Source: an uncultured Verrucomicrobiae bacterium (GTDB taxonomy: Bacteria; Verrucomicrobiota; Verrucomicrobiia; Chthoniobacterales; JAFAMB01). Taken from it: a stretch of DNA of 64,000 nt. The notes under the pieces were generated by a model. That model ran no database searches. It was given only the letters and a program-made list of their open reading frames with translations, and was not told where the DNA came from. Shown piece after piece: positions 53,260-64,000 of this stretch (the first letter of the stretch is position 1; every line of letters begins with the position of its first letter). Where the stretch lies: assembly GCA_963813025.1 (NCBI GenBank), contig CAWEXO010000008.1, positions 256,001 to 320,000 of the forward strand, written 5' to 3'. The position numbers and the translations under genes are program-made.

Positions 53260-54708
53260 ATGAAGACGGATGTACTGATTGCCGGGGGCAGGTCCTGTCG
53301 GACTGACGATGGCCTCAGAACTGGAGCGCTACGGCTTGTCCGTCCGCCTCATCGACAAAAATACCGACCGCACCGACAAATCCAAGGCGCTCGTTCTCTG
53401 GGCGCGTACGCTCGAACTGATGGACCGTATGGGCACGGGCAGCACCCAGCGCTTCATCGATGCCGGCCTTGAAGTCCAGGGGGCTAATATTCTCTCGGGG
53501 CGTGAGGAAATCGCCCGCGTTGAAATGACTCACATCGAGTCACCCTACAATCGCGCTCATGATTCCGCAAAGCGACACGGAACGCCTGCTGGAAGAGCAT
53601 CTTGCGAGGTTCGGCCTAAAGGCTGAGCGCCAAGTGGAATTGAAGCAATTTCAGTCGAGCGCGGATGGAGTGCCATGCACACTCCTCCTTCCCAATGGCC
53701 GTGAAGTAACCGCAGAGGCATCGTGGCTGATCGGCTGTGATGGCGCCCATAGCACGGTACGTCATCAGCTTGGCATGGAATTCCACGGCAGTACGCTTCT
53801 GAGCGATTGGATTCTAGCCGATATTCATCTGAACGGCGTTCTCGGTGCTCCTGCGATTAATATCTTTTGGCATGTGCAGGGAGTGCTTGCCATTTTTCCT
53901 CTTCACGGAACGCGATACCGCGTGATTGGCGATGTTGGAGAATCGTCAGGCTCCATTGGCGAAGGACATCTTCCCACTCCAACGGTGAAGGAAGTTCAGC
54001 GAATTCTCGACGTGCGCGGTCCCGGCGGAATTCGGGCTAGCGCTCCCGTCTGGCTCTCCTCTTTCAGCATCAACGAACGTAAAGTCTCGGACTACCGCTC
54101 AGGTTGCATTTTCCTCGCCGGAGACGCAGCACACGTCCATAGCCCAGCGGGAGGCCAGGGGATGAATACTGGAATGCAGGACGCCTGCAATCTTGCGTGG
54201 GAAACTCGCGCTTGTCTCGCGGGGTATTTGCGCGCCGGAGCCGTTGCTGAGCAGCTACAGCATGGAGCGCAGCGCAATCGCCAAACTGGTTCTCGAGGCA
54301 ACGGGGAAAGCAACGGCAATGGCCGTAATGAAGAGCGGCATCAAGCAGTCGGTCCGTAATCATATAGCTTCGCTAGTTTTTGGACTTGCGCCGGTCACAC
54401 GCGCGATGGCAAACCTCCTTTCGGAGGTGGCCGTTGCATATTCCGACAGTCCGTTGAACGCGCAATCCGCGCATGCGCACGGCGGCACAGAACCCGGCAA
54501 GCGCGCCCCAATCCGCGAGGGTGAGCCGGCGGCGGGTTCGGGTAGCTCGCCGCGCTTTGTGTTGTTTGCAGAAGACACGCCCGCGTCGAGATCGCTGCTT
54601 TCGAAATATCCGAATCTTGTCGAGCCTTCGCCGCGCAAGGAGTTCGCCGAGGGAGGCATATCGATGGCGAAGAAGCAACCCAACAAGCCGCCTAACAGAT
54701 TATTTTAA
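53260..54708 (+). pseudogene. FAD-dependent monooxygenase with frameshifts (~53288, ~53555, ~54200); 3' end possibly altered
   Basis: GAGPVGL, IGCDGAHSTVR, LAGDAAHVHSPAGGQGMNTG; some shifts may be sequencing errors. Confidence 0.75.
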
Positions 54709-54975
54709 CAAGGATGCGCCCGTCCCCGATACACAACTTTTGACAATATCTCAAAGCACTGGCGCAAAGCGCTCTACGGCCGTGCTTGTGCAGGAGCCAG
54801 GGTCCCATACGCCATATGGATTAGCAACGTAGCACCCGCTCAAAACCAGCCAGCCCGCTCAAGTGCTCTCCAAGCGATTGACTTCGAACGATCCGTGCCA
54901 CAGCTTGTCCCGGGTTTTCTGAGGCTGGTTAGTTCCCCTTCCTGATCGTCCCAATTGCAGCGAGGGATTCATTTT

Positions 54976-56334
54976 ATGAGCGCAAAGATCCCCGGACTTG
55001 CCGCTGCGAGCTCCGTCGCGAGCCGTCAGGCCAAGATCAAGAACGTGATCCAGGTAGCCAGCGGCAATTTCCTGGAGATGTATGATTTCATTCTCTTCGG
55101 CTATTACGCTGCCGCGATCGGAAACACCTTCTTCCCGAAAGGGGATCCTTTTGCGGTGCTGATGGCCTCGCTCATGGCCTTCGGAGCTGGGTACTTAATG
55201 AGGCCGATCGGTGCGATCGTTCTGGGTGCCTTTATCGATCGGCATGGGCGGAGAACCGGGTTGATTCTTACGCTCGGCTTGATGTCGGTCGGGACGCTTA
55301 CGATCGCCTGTCTCCCCGGGTATGCCGTTATCGGAATCGCCGCTCCCCTGCTCATCGTGCTGAGCCGGTTGATCCAGGGCTTTTCGGCTGGGGTCGAGCT
55401 TGGCGGCGTTTCTGTCTATCTCTCCGAGATTGCGACGCCCGGCAATAAAGGTTTCTACGTGAGCTGGCAATCGGCCAGCCAGCAGGTCGCGGTGATGTTC
55501 ACCGCCGCCTTGGGAGTGGCTCTTAACCTCGCGTTGGGCCGGCCCGTGATGGACAGCTGGGGCTGGCGAATACCCTTCTTGATCGGCTGTTTGATCATCC
55601 CTCTCCTCTTTGTTCTACGCCGCGGCTTGCCCGAGACCGAAGCGTTTCAAGCTCGCAAACATCGCCCATCATGGTCCGTGCTTCTCCGCACGGTGACCCG
55701 CAACTTAGGAACCGTGGTAATCGGAACGATGCTTGTGACAATGACGACCGTCTCTTTTTATTTGATCACGGCCTACACCCCCACCTTTGGCGCGCACGAG
55801 CTTCGCTTGGCGCCTACCGCGGTGCTTCTGGTTACCTTGTGTGTGGGGTTCTCCAACCTGGTCTGGCTGCCAGTGATGGGGGCGGTCTCTGACCGCGTCG
55901 GCCGCTTTCCCGTCTTGGTCGCCTGCACGGTCCTGGCGCTGGTTACCGCTTATCCCCTGATGCAATGGCTGGTGGCCTCGCCTTCATTTGAAAGATTGCT
56001 GGCTGTCCTGCTCTGGCTCTCGTTTCTCTTTGGAAGCTACAACGGTGCCATGGTCGTCGCGTTGACCGAAATCATGCCAGAAGAAGTGCGAACAGCCGGC
56101 TTTTCCCTCGCTTACTCCTTGGCGACCGCGATTTTCGGCGGATTCACCCCAGCCATTTGCGAAGCGTTAATTCACATGACGGGCAATCGCGCCATGCCCG
56201 GCATCTGGCTTTCGGCGGCTGCGCTCATTGGCCTTACCGCCACTCTCCTCAGCCGGTCTCGATTGTCCGTCGGGTATCGTCCTTCGCTCTACCATGCATC
56301 TCCCCCGAGTAGCGCGGGTCCGGCGATCCGGTGA
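54976..56334 (+). CDS. MFS metabolite:H+ symporter (CitA/TcuC-like)
   Basis: [38 protein letters not shown]. Confidence 0.9.
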   Translation: MSAKIPGLAAASSVASRQAKIKNVIQVASGNFLEMYDFILFGYYAAAIGNTFFPKGDPFAVLMASLMAFGAGYLMRPIGAIVLGAFIDRHGRRTGLILTLGLMSVGTLTIACLPGYAVIGIAAPLLIVLSRLIQGFSAGVELGGVSVYLSEIATPGNKGFYVSWQSASQQVAVMFTAALGVALNLALGRPVMDSWGWRIPFLIGCLIIPLLFVLRRGLPETEAFQARKHRPSWSVLLRTVTRNLGTVVIGTMLVTMTTVSFYLITAYTPTFGAHELRLAPTAVLLVTLCVGFSNLVWLPVMGAVSDRVGRFPVLVACTVLALVTAYPLMQWLVASPSFERLLAVLLWLSFLFGSYNGAMVVALTEIMPEEVRTAGFSLAYSLATAIFGGFTPAICEALIHMTGNRAMPGIWLSAAALIGLTATLLSRSRLSVGYRPSLYHASPPSSAGPAIR

Positions 56335-56347
56335 GATGGACCGTCAA

Positions 56348-56548
56348 TCAGTGCAGGATGAGCGGCGGGCGAGCCTTCTCGCTGGCCCGGACCTCGCGCG
56401 ATCCCACCGAGGAGGCGCATCGCTTGCACAAGTAATCGTAGATTTCCCGATCAGGTAGAATCAACAGCAGCTTCTCGTACACTGGTTGCGCCGACTGGCA
56501 TTTGGAACAGTATAACGAAGAAGCGCGAAAGTTTTCGAACTGTCTCAT
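56348..56548 (-). CDS. Small Zn-ribbon protein
   Basis: MRQFENFRASSLYCSKC..YLCKRC. Confidence 0.65.
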   Translation of the reverse strand: MRQFENFRASSLYCSKCQSAQPVYEKLLLILPDREIYDYLCKRCASSVGSREVRASEKARPPLILH

Positions 56549-56644
56549 AGAACGGCAACGACTTTCACTCTTGGACAGGAATCCGCCTGCGTCAACCGGC
56601 GAAGGCTCATTAGCCCGTATCGTCTCGGATCCTATTAAAACTTT

Positions 56645-56735
56645 ACCAAGGATTCGGGGTAGTTGAAAAGGGTTGCTTCCATTGAAGGCGTGGATGTTGG
56701 TGCCGCACACGCCTAGGCGGTGAACGCACACTTCG
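56645..56735 (-). pseudogene. Zn-dependent alcohol dehydrogenase N-terminal remnant
   Basis: GVCGTNIHAFNG..PRILG. Confidence 0.5.
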
Positions 56736-57144
56736 CATCCTCGGGTTGGATCGCCACAAGAGGCTCTTCTGTTGCCCTCGTAGCCAGTTTGCCCAGAGGA
56801 CCTTGCGCTTGTCGCTGCGCTTCGGCCGGGAGGACTAGCTCCGATCAGTTCTTTTCAGAACCGTCAACCTAGCCCGCCGCGAACACAGATGTTTACAAAG
56901 GAGCGTGTTCTATGCCAACCGAACAGTATCTGAGGCAGGATCAGCTCGCCGAGACCTCGAAGAAAACTCGCGTTCCGAACACCGATCAATAAATTGATTT
57001 GAGAGCAGACGGCGCGAGGTATCATTAGCGATTTTGATCCAGTCTTCCCTCGTGCGCGGGCTGATCTCGTAGTCCGCCAGTCAGACGACGGCGGCTGGCC
57101 CGCGCCATAGTATTCCGGCACCTGAGATTAAAATCGCTCCAAAC

Positions 57145-57471
57145 CTACTTGACCGAAGAAAAGGCGGTCGGTTCAAGGAAGGAGTTGCTGATCGAGGCGA
57201 CGATCGGGCCCTCGCGCTCGCTCTCTGCTCGCTTCTCGATCCATTCAGGATCGGTGGCGAAGACGTTCCATTTCCTCTCGCGATCGGCGAGCGATTCCCA
57301 TTGCAGCATGTAATAGAGCTCACTGTTCGATTCGCCGATCAGCACCGTCCAGAATCCGGCCTGCCGGATGCCCAGCCGTTCCCAGATGCGCAAGGTCGTC
57401 GTTTCAAAACGCTTCAAAAGCGCCGGCATGCGACCCGGCAAGCAGCGGTAGATACGCAGTTCGTATATCAC
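57145..57471 (-). CDS. NIPSNAP family protein
   Basis: IYELRIY, GFWT, WESLADRE, LEPTAFS. Confidence 0.9.
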   Translation of the reverse strand: MIYELRIYRCLPGRMPALLKRFETTTLRIWERLGIRQAGFWTVLIGESNSELYYMLQWESLADRERKWNVFATDPEWIEKRAESEREGPIVASISNSFLEPTAFSSVK

Positions 57472-57633
57472 ACGACCCCTTATTCACCGACCCTCCCGTA
57501 CTGCTCCTGTCCTTGTCAATATCACAGGATCAAAAGCAGCATTCCGCCCATGGCAATCTCTGAAGCCAACCTCGGCATGCCAGCAAAGAACCCCAATCCC
57601 CCGCAAAAAGTTCCTTTGCCCCCTCCCACACGA

Positions 57634-58032
57634 TCAGCTTTTTGCGAGCGATTCAGGCTCATGATTAACAGTAACGGGCTGACCAACGCGCAGGAGCCCC
57701 GAGCTTTGCTCGCAGCAAAAATTCATCCCGAAAATCACCCCGCCTTCCGTTGATGAGCGGTAGCGGGAAGTGTTCGCAGCGGTTCGGGGCTGCGCCGCAA
57801 ACTGATCTGATCTGTAGTCGTAATCACGCAGCGCACGCATGGACCGCCATGCCGGAAGGTGAGTTTCTCGATCTGAAAAGCCGTCCACGTGTCCTCTTCG
57901 TAGGCCGCCTGGCACCATAAACCGCCGATCGTTCCGAAGACCCCGCGCTTGTATCTCGGCTTCCTCCAGGCTGATACCGGCGCACGATTTTACAGGATAA
58001 ATACAGATCTGCGAAATGCGGGGCGGGATCAT
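57634..58032 (-). pseudogene. MOSC family gene with large internal deletions
   Basis: IYPVKSC..DRRFMV at the start and FGMN..LRVGQPV at the end; the middle is missing. Confidence 0.7.
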
Positions 58033-58066
58033 GGTCGATAAAAGCGGCGCTATGGGTCAAGATTCG

Positions 58067-58516
58067 TCAAGTATGCGCCTGACTCCAAAGGATAAGCCAA
58101 GCAATCAGGAATACTAATGGCAGAAGAAGCGGAGAGGCGATTCCTAACCAGCGAGTGAGCTGGCTTCCTTGGATCTCCGGGAAGCCTTTGACCGAAGAGA
58201 CATGAGTCGCGTAAGCGCGACGGAGGCGATAAAGCGCACGAACTCCTGCGATCACGCTGCAGTAAATCAGGATGTCAGAAATACATGCAACCGCTGGAAT
58301 AATATTGAAGAGGAGGTCCTGTTGTTTTGCCAATAAGGGATTGCGAGCCTGTGGCGCGGCGTTGGCGATGATCGCATACCCGGTGAAAAAGAACGATTGT
58401 GCCGCCATCAGCCAGGACAGTCGCTGCACGATCAGAATGTCCTCATGTTGGATCTGATCCCGGATAGTGTGGTACCAATCCGCCGGGCCAAACAGATTAG
58501 CCGAGGGTTCGCTCAT
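58067..58516 (-). CDS. Hypothetical 3-TM membrane protein
   Basis: QIQHED..QRLSWL plus three hydrophobic segments. Confidence 0.7.
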   Translation of the reverse strand: MSEPSANLFGPADWYHTIRDQIQHEDILIVQRLSWLMAAQSFFFTGYAIIANAAPQARNPLLAKQQDLLFNIIPAVACISDILIYCSVIAGVRALYRLRRAYATHVSSVKGFPEIQGSQLTRWLGIASPLLLPLVFLIAWLILWSQAHT

Positions 58517-58619
58517 TGGCCTTCACGTAGTTATTCTGTTTTCGAATTGCCAAATTGGACAGTTCCATTCGCCTCAACAAAATGCTTGATTCAAACGGTT
58601 CTGAGCCAGAAAAAGTAGC

Positions 58620-59483
58620 GTGCGGAACATCTGTTGGATGTTGCTGTTCATAAGTCTGAGCGGGCAAGTGCTCGCGGAGGACGATGTGCTGGAGCGCGCA
58701 CTTCGTGCCATTGAACGAACTGACCAGACGCTTGCTCGCGCCCGAGAGCTTCACGCACGGAGACGGCGTGCGCAGGGAGTAGCGGCGGTCCGGCCGCTAG
58801 GGGCACCGCCAAGTGGCGCGGCCACTGCCGGCCAGCAAATACCGTTGCCCGATGAGACTGGCGGACCAAAGCCGCCTCCCCCGCCCAGCATCACGGTCAC
58901 CCAGTTGCGACCGGAAGACATCCAGGATTTGTCACAGACCAGTCCTCCCGAGCGTGACCTCATCCAAAAAGCTTTGGCATTGACCAAGCGCCATCTTGGA
59001 CCAGCGCACAATTCCGATAATCCGGACAGTGGCGGTCTCGATCCGGGCGGGTTTGTCCAGTATCTGCTGAAATCGCGGGGCATCGCCGACGCACCGCATG
59101 ATCCTGCCCAGATCTATCTGTGGGCGAGGCAGAACGGAAATTTCCATGCTGTCCTCAGCCGGAGCCCGGCCTCCCCCGAATTGAAAGATCTCGCACCGGG
59201 AGATCTACTGTTCTGGTCAACCGTCGACGCATGGAATCAGGAAATTCCGATAACCCAAGTGAGCCTTTACGTTGGCAAAGAACGCAGCGACGGCAAACCG
59301 GTGATGGTCGGAGTGAGCCAGGGGCTGCTCTATCATAACGCACCGATGACGGGCTTGAGCGTCCTCGATGTTCAGCAGAACGCCGCCGATCCTGCGGAGG
59401 ACTACCTCCTGCCTCGCCTCGTCGGGTATAGCGAGATTCCCGGCTTGAACGAGAAACCAGATAATGCGCCCCCGCCGCAGTAG
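58620..59483 (+). CDS. Secreted NlpC/P60-like protein lacking the catalytic Cys/His
   Basis: Signal peptide, Pro-rich linker, GGLDPGGFVQY, LAPGDLLFW, ITQVSLYVG. Confidence 0.7.
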   Translation: MRNICWMLLFISLSGQVLAEDDVLERALRAIERTDQTLARARELHARRRRAQGVAAVRPLGAPPSGAATAGQQIPLPDETGGPKPPPPPSITVTQLRPEDIQDLSQTSPPERDLIQKALALTKRHLGPAHNSDNPDSGGLDPGGFVQYLLKSRGIADAPHDPAQIYLWARQNGNFHAVLSRSPASPELKDLAPGDLLFWSTVDAWNQEIPITQVSLYVGKERSDGKPVMVGVSQGLLYHNAPMTGLSVLDVQQNAADPAEDYLLPRLVGYSEIPGLNEKPDNAPPPQ

Positions 59484-59606
59484 GTGTCGCTGTTAGTGCC
59501 AGTGGCAGTGCTAGTGCTGCCAGTTGTCATCGGTAATCGGCGATCGGCGGCAGCTACCGCCGTCCGAAGAATTTGTGGCATTCCCTTCCTGTGCCATCTT
59601 GCTCCC

Positions 59607-60194
59607 ATGATTCCCGGAAGCGAGAAACGCAAAGCCGAATACCCGATCGATCAACTGTTTCTTGATCGCTGGTCGCCACGGGCGATGTCGGGCGAACGCA
59701 TCACTGAGGAGGAACTCTTCACCTTATTCGAGGCGGCTCGCTGGGCGCCTTCTTCTTATAACGGCCAACCGTGGCGCCTGCTATACGCACGGCGCGAAAC
59801 CGAACAGTGGCCGTTGTTCTTTGATCTCTTGGTGGATTTCAACAAGACCTGGGTGAGAAATGCGGCGGTATTGATTCTTTTCGTTTCAAAGAAGACTTTT
59901 GAGCATAATGGCGAACCGGCGATCACCCATTCGTTCGATACCGGTGCGGCCTGGGAGAATCTCGCGCTTCAAGGGAGCCACAGTGGATTAGCCGTTCACG
60001 GCATGCAGGGGTTCGACTACGAAAAAGCCCGATCTGTTCTCCAGATCCCGGATGATTTTTCGGTTGAGGCGATGGCGGCGGTTGGCCGGCCGGGTCGCGT
60101 CGACGATCTGCCGGAGCAGATCCGCCAGAGAGAAGCCCCGAGCGACCGCCGACCTTTGGCGCAGACGATTACGGAAGGCCATTTTCGCGCGTAG
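59607..60194 (+). CDS. Nitroreductase family protein
   Basis: RWSPRA, ARWAPSSYNGQPW, FDTGAA, HGMQGFD. Confidence 0.9.
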   Translation: MIPGSEKRKAEYPIDQLFLDRWSPRAMSGERITEEELFTLFEAARWAPSSYNGQPWRLLYARRETEQWPLFFDLLVDFNKTWVRNAAVLILFVSKKTFEHNGEPAITHSFDTGAAWENLALQGSHSGLAVHGMQGFDYEKARSVLQIPDDFSVEAMAAVGRPGRVDDLPEQIRQREAPSDRRPLAQTITEGHFRA

Positions 60195-60254
60195 CGGCGT
60201 CCGAGTCACTGGAACTGGCACCGGCACTCGATCTGTGGCATGTGAAACCTTCAG

Positions 60255-60845
60255 ATGCTTTCCAGCGCGCAATCTCTCGAACTCATCGGGATTTTCTTTC
60301 TGCCTTTTGTGCAAGAAGACTCGGCCAGCGTGACAGCAGCGCTTCTCGGGACGAATGGCACTTTTTTCGCCTGGCAAACCTTGACCGCATGCGCGCTTGG
60401 GATGTGGACAAGCGACTTTATCGTTTACCTGTTAGGCCGGTTTGGCGGACGAAACCTTTTCCGATTGCGTTGGATCCGAATGATCGTTTCGCCGCGACAG
60501 GTTGAGCGAACGTCCACCTGGTTCGAGTCTTTCGGCTGGCCGACACTCGTCTTTAGCCGATTGGTGCCAGGATCGCGGACTGCTCTTCTTTTCACTTCGG
60601 GACTGCTTCATTATCCAGCCAAAAAATTTCTCCTGGTCAGTCTTTGTGCGGCTCTTGGCTGGTTGATTGTTGTCTTTGCGCTATTCGCTCATCTTGGTCT
60701 CGGCGCGACTGCTATCCTTGGGTTGCGCTGGATCCTGTCTGCCGTGCTTCTCGTGGCCGGCGGTGCCGCGGGTATCTCCTTGCTCGCGCGGAGGTGGAAA
60801 AAAGGCAAACCTGCCCGGGATGTTCCCGCGCTGCCGGAGCGTTAA
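60255..60845 (+). CDS. DedA/VTT family membrane protein
   Basis: FVQED, SDFIVYLLGR, SRLVPGSR. Confidence 0.8.
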   Translation: MLSSAQSLELIGIFFLPFVQEDSASVTAALLGTNGTFFAWQTLTACALGMWTSDFIVYLLGRFGGRNLFRLRWIRMIVSPRQVERTSTWFESFGWPTLVFSRLVPGSRTALLFTSGLLHYPAKKFLLVSLCAALGWLIVVFALFAHLGLGATAILGLRWILSAVLLVAGGAAGISLLARRWKKGKPARDVPALPER

Positions 60846-60851
60846 GAACGC

Positions 60852-61603
60852 GTGGTGTTTTTCCTTCTCCCCGCCGCGTTTTTTGCGGGTGTGGTCGACG
60901 CGAGCATTGGCGGCGGCGGACTGATCCTCGTTCCCGCCTTGTTTGCGGCGTTTCCGGCATCACCCCATCCATTGTTGTTAGGCACGAACAAGCTCGCGTC
61001 GGCTTGTGGAACCGGCAACGCCTTTCTGACTTACTCGCGTCGTGTCCAACTTCCCTGCGACTGGTCGCCAGTGTTGCCCTGCTCGCCGGATTATTCGCTA
61101 TCCTCGGAGCGGAAACAGCGCGCTTGATCTCGCCGCGAGTCTTTCGACCTCTGCTGCCTTGCGTGCTTCTGGCAGTCCTCGTCTACACCTTTCGTCGGAA
61201 GGATCTCGGAGCATTTCACACCTTTCGCTCGGACGAAAAGCAGCCGGCGGCTAAGGCGCTCCTCCTCGGCGCCTGCATCGGATTCTATGATGGAATGATC
61301 GGACCAGGCACAGGAACCTTTCTGATTCTATTATTTGTCCGGCTCCTCGGTTTTGACTTTCTGCACAGTTCCGCAGCGGCCAAACTAGTGAATCTATCGA
61401 CGAACCTGGGAGCCCTGTTGCTGTTTGCCGCAACCGGCAATGTCTGGTGGCCAATTGGTTTAGCCATGGGACTAGCGAACATGCTGGGTGCACTGGTTGG
61501 AGCGCGTCTCGTTATCCTGCATGGGAACCGGCTGATCCGCCGGATTTTTCTCGCGGTGGTGATCGTGCTGTTGGGAAAGACCACGCTGGACAACTTCTAT
61601 TGA
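60852..61603 (+). CDS. TSUP/TauE family transporter (1-bp frameshift near 61057)
   Basis: AGVVDASIGGGGLI..GTNK / GFYDGMIGPGTG. Confidence 0.85.
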
Positions 61604-61809
61604 ACGGCTTGAGCCTCGGTACGGGCAAGCTCCTTCTTGACCTTCCTAGTGTTGAATCACGCCTCGATCCGGACGAGCGGGAGCTCATCCCTACCATCTT
61701 GACGCCATTCCAAGGCAGTTCCTCTTTCGCTATAATTATGAGCACCTCCCGCTGCGCAAGCGTTTTCCAACCTCGGCGGATCTTGCCTCCGATGAGACGT
61801 GACCCGCCC

Positions 61810-62970
61810 CTAAGCTTCAAATAGCGGGACGCTGGAAACCTGCGGAGCCATTTTTTGCAGGCTTTGGATTCGGGCAAGCGATGCCTCGACCTCACCGCGA
61901 TTGAGCAAGCCGGTGACGGTGACTAAGGCACGGTAGGTCGATTCCGGAGCGAGGATAGGGACTCGCCGCGCACTGCGTTCAATGGGTTTCGGATAAGGAA
62001 AGCTGGTAGCCGGCTCCAGACCAGTTACGTAACCAGTTTTTCGCGCTGCCTCATTTTTCCAGAGAGTTAAACAAGGCAGTTGTCGCGTATTGTAGGCGAC
62101 GGTTACACCCCGGTCGGACTCTGGCGAAATAAGGGCCGCCTCTGTCCACCCTTGTTCGTCGGCAAATGCTTTGATCAAATGAACTTGTTCGGTGTACCCG
62201 GCAAGCTGCGGACCGGCGTACCGGTTCCAATTGGCCATCCCCCCTTCCACGGCGCGGCGATCCCGAGGCGCTACGGATTCCACTGGCGCATGAAACTGGG
62301 CGCCGGCGCCAAGCAGCGGCGGCCCGAAGTTGATATGGTAAAGCGTTTGCATCTCCTGGGGGATATCGGCCAGGTTGACTATCTGATCGTCCAAAGTCAC
62401 CGCCGCGGAGCCGATTTCGGTGACGATGTTCGTTATGAGCCTGAGCTGAGGACCGAACATGATGGTTTCGTCGACGACCCCGCGGAGGATAACCCGCGGG
62501 CGAGGAGCCGCCTCAAAACGGAATTCCAGGTAACTAGCCGGAAGGTAGTTGAGCCGGCCATGCAGGGTCAGTGGTTTGCCATCGTCGAGGCAGGGTGCCC
62601 CGATCGACTCAAGGCCGCAACGCGATACCCACTCGCCGTAACCATTCAGCCACCCAAGTCCGCCTGCTTCGGTCAAATTCACATATTTCGGATGAACGAT
62701 CTCACGCACTGGCGATTCCCAACCGAGCCGGAGATCCCCGATCCGCCCTGACCAAAGCTGGCAACCACGGGAAGGAACCACCGTAAACTTCAGAGCGCCA
62801 TTATCGATCTCTACTATCTCGACGCCATCTTGACGGCCGCCTCTGAGTTTTGTCTTGGAAACCTTCCAAACGATTGCGCCGGTATATTCTTTTACCTCAT
62901 CGGAGACGAGCTCCCATGAATCGAGGTCAATGCCTGCGCTTGAGTCAATCAGTACGGTGGACATGGGCAT
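61810..62970 (-). CDS. Aldose 1-epimerase-like DUF4432 protein
   Basis: LRGGRQDGV, GGLGWL, CGLE, LHGR, YHINFG, YVTGLEP. Confidence 0.85.
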   Translation of the reverse strand: MPMSTVLIDSSAGIDLDSWELVSDEVKEYTGAIVWKVSKTKLRGGRQDGVEIVEIDNGALKFTVVPSRGCQLWSGRIGDLRLGWESPVREIVHPKYVNLTEAGGLGWLNGYGEWVSRCGLESIGAPCLDDGKPLTLHGRLNYLPASYLEFRFEAAPRPRVILRGVVDETIMFGPQLRLITNIVTEIGSAAVTLDDQIVNLADIPQEMQTLYHINFGPPLLGAGAQFHAPVESVAPRDRRAVEGGMANWNRYAGPQLAGYTEQVHLIKAFADEQGWTEAALISPESDRGVTVAYNTRQLPCLTLWKNEAARKTGYVTGLEPATSFPYPKPIERSARRVPILAPESTYRALVTVTGLLNRGEVEASLARIQSLQKMAPQVSSVPLFEA

Positions 62971-63085
62971 TTCAGAGGATAGCCAGGTCTGGAAATCGCT
63001 TCGAATGATATTTCATCCGACCGACGAAAGATGTTATCCTGGTTGGTAAACGTTCCTATCCGAGGCTATTTTTTTGAGGTAACCC

Positions 63086-63469
63086 GTGCGCGTAAAGCCG
63101 GAGAGTGTTTTCAGCCGTCGCTTCGTGAATCCGCACTACTATTCTGCCTGGGCCTCCTATCGAACTCTGCGACGTCTCGTGTTCACGCTGTTCGCCGCCG
63201 CGATCGTGCAGGTCAAACTTTTTGCGCTTCTGCCGGCAATCCTTTTTCCGCTTGCGTTTTTCGCCTATTTTCTCAGTGCGTTATGGCTGGCCAATTGGCG
63301 GTGTCCTCGCTGTCGGCAACCATTTTTCCGGGGCGCGTTTCTGCGCAGCCTCTTTGGAGGACGTTGTTTCCACTGCGCTTTGCCAAAATGGGCAGTGACC
63401 CGATCGGGAAACATTGTCTTTCGACCGCGTTTTCCGCTTGGCTGGACCGCCGAGACAGAGTTGGATTGA
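63086..63469 (+). CDS. Small membrane protein with CxxC/CxxC Zn ribbon
   Basis: 2 TM segments, then WRCPRC..RCFHC. Confidence 0.6.
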   Translation: MRVKPESVFSRRFVNPHYYSAWASYRTLRRLVFTLFAAAIVQVKLFALLPAILFPLAFFAYFLSALWLANWRCPRCRQPFFRGAFLRSLFGGRCFHCALPKWAVTRSGNIVFRPRFPLGWTAETELD

Positions 63470-63593
63470 CTTGCACAAAACTAACCTGTAGCGAGGCCGC
63501 TCCTCTGATCGACGAATTTAGTGGAAAAAAGGCAGCCGGACGTCTGGCCTAAGCTTGTTTGGCGGCCTCGCTGTTGGCTAACACGATTCTACG

Positions 63594-63896
63594 ATGAAAT
63601 TTTTTTGCCTGTTGGTGATATCCCTTTTGGCAGTTACGTTTGCGGCCGAGGCTGACCATCCACTCTATGTGCCAGGCCCGTACCCACCTTCGGATCCGCC
63701 CATGTCGGCCAGCCGGGCGCGGAGCGAGTACAATTCCTCAGACGAAACGCACTCGAGATCACAGCAAACGCGGTATTATCGGAAGAGCAGCAACCGAACC
63801 CGCACCGGAAAGCACCCGCAAAAACGGCGAGGATTTTTCAGTTGGTTTGCGCCGCATAAGACAAAGCACCGATCAACTGGACGACATCATCGATAG
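63594..63896 (+). CDS. Small secreted basic hypothetical protein
   Basis: Signal peptide MKFFCLLVISLLAVTFAAEA. Confidence 0.55.
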   Translation: MKFFCLLVISLLAVTFAAEADHPLYVPGPYPPSDPPMSASRARSEYNSSDETHSRSQQTRYYRKSSNRTRTGKHPQKRRGFFSWFAPHKTKHRSTGRHHR

Positions 63897-64000
63897 ATTC
63901 CGGCCATTCAAACCGCGACCGGCGAACGACCATTGCTTACTCCGGCCGGCAACGGAATCGAACGTAGCGCCGACGGCCTCGTCGGTATCTTGCACGCGCG

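Noticed and set aside
59490..60230. Short AGTGCC/GGCACT hexamer runs on both sides of the nitroreductase
   Set aside because: Too short and degenerate to call an element
1..64000. CRISPR array, tRNA, rRNA, riboswitch
   Set aside because: No regularly spaced repeats or recognisable RNA gene seen by eye; a covariance-model search was not possible

Overview
GC-rich bacterial DNA, tentatively from a soil Verrucomicrobiota-like organism (inference only), in three parts. (1) 1-15.9 kb is a compact divergent biosynthetic gene cluster. Leftward are an AsnB-type amidotransferase and a lipoprotein amidase that the ORF track misses. Rightward are a single-module highly reducing type I PKS with an internal C-methyltransferase (KS-AT-DH-cMT-ER-KR-ACP), a stand-alone condensation-domain protein, a His-box desaturase, an ABC ATPase, a MacB/LolE-type permease and a LolA-like periplasmic protein. 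No A or TE domain is visible. The PKS and C genes carry several 1-bp frameshifts, but every catalytic motif I checked is intact, so these are most likely sequencing errors. This cluster is the best candidate for an undescribed system, probably making an exported methyl-branched, unsaturated acyl-amide lipid. (2) About 16-58 kb is an accessory mosaic. Intact genes (general-stress genes, a PAS kinase/receiver pair, a sugar-acid catabolic remnant) are mixed with 30 or more short, abruptly joined gene fragments, including TniA/TniQ, IS3, IS110, ISNCY, a MobF relaxase, four LigD pieces and an acyl-CoA ligase split by an inversion. (3) About 58-64 kb holds ordinary-looking genes, including an NlpC/P60-like protein that lacks its catalytic residues. 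I saw no tRNA, rRNA or CRISPR array. All family calls rest on motif recognition by eye, not on database searches, and fragment boundaries are approximate.
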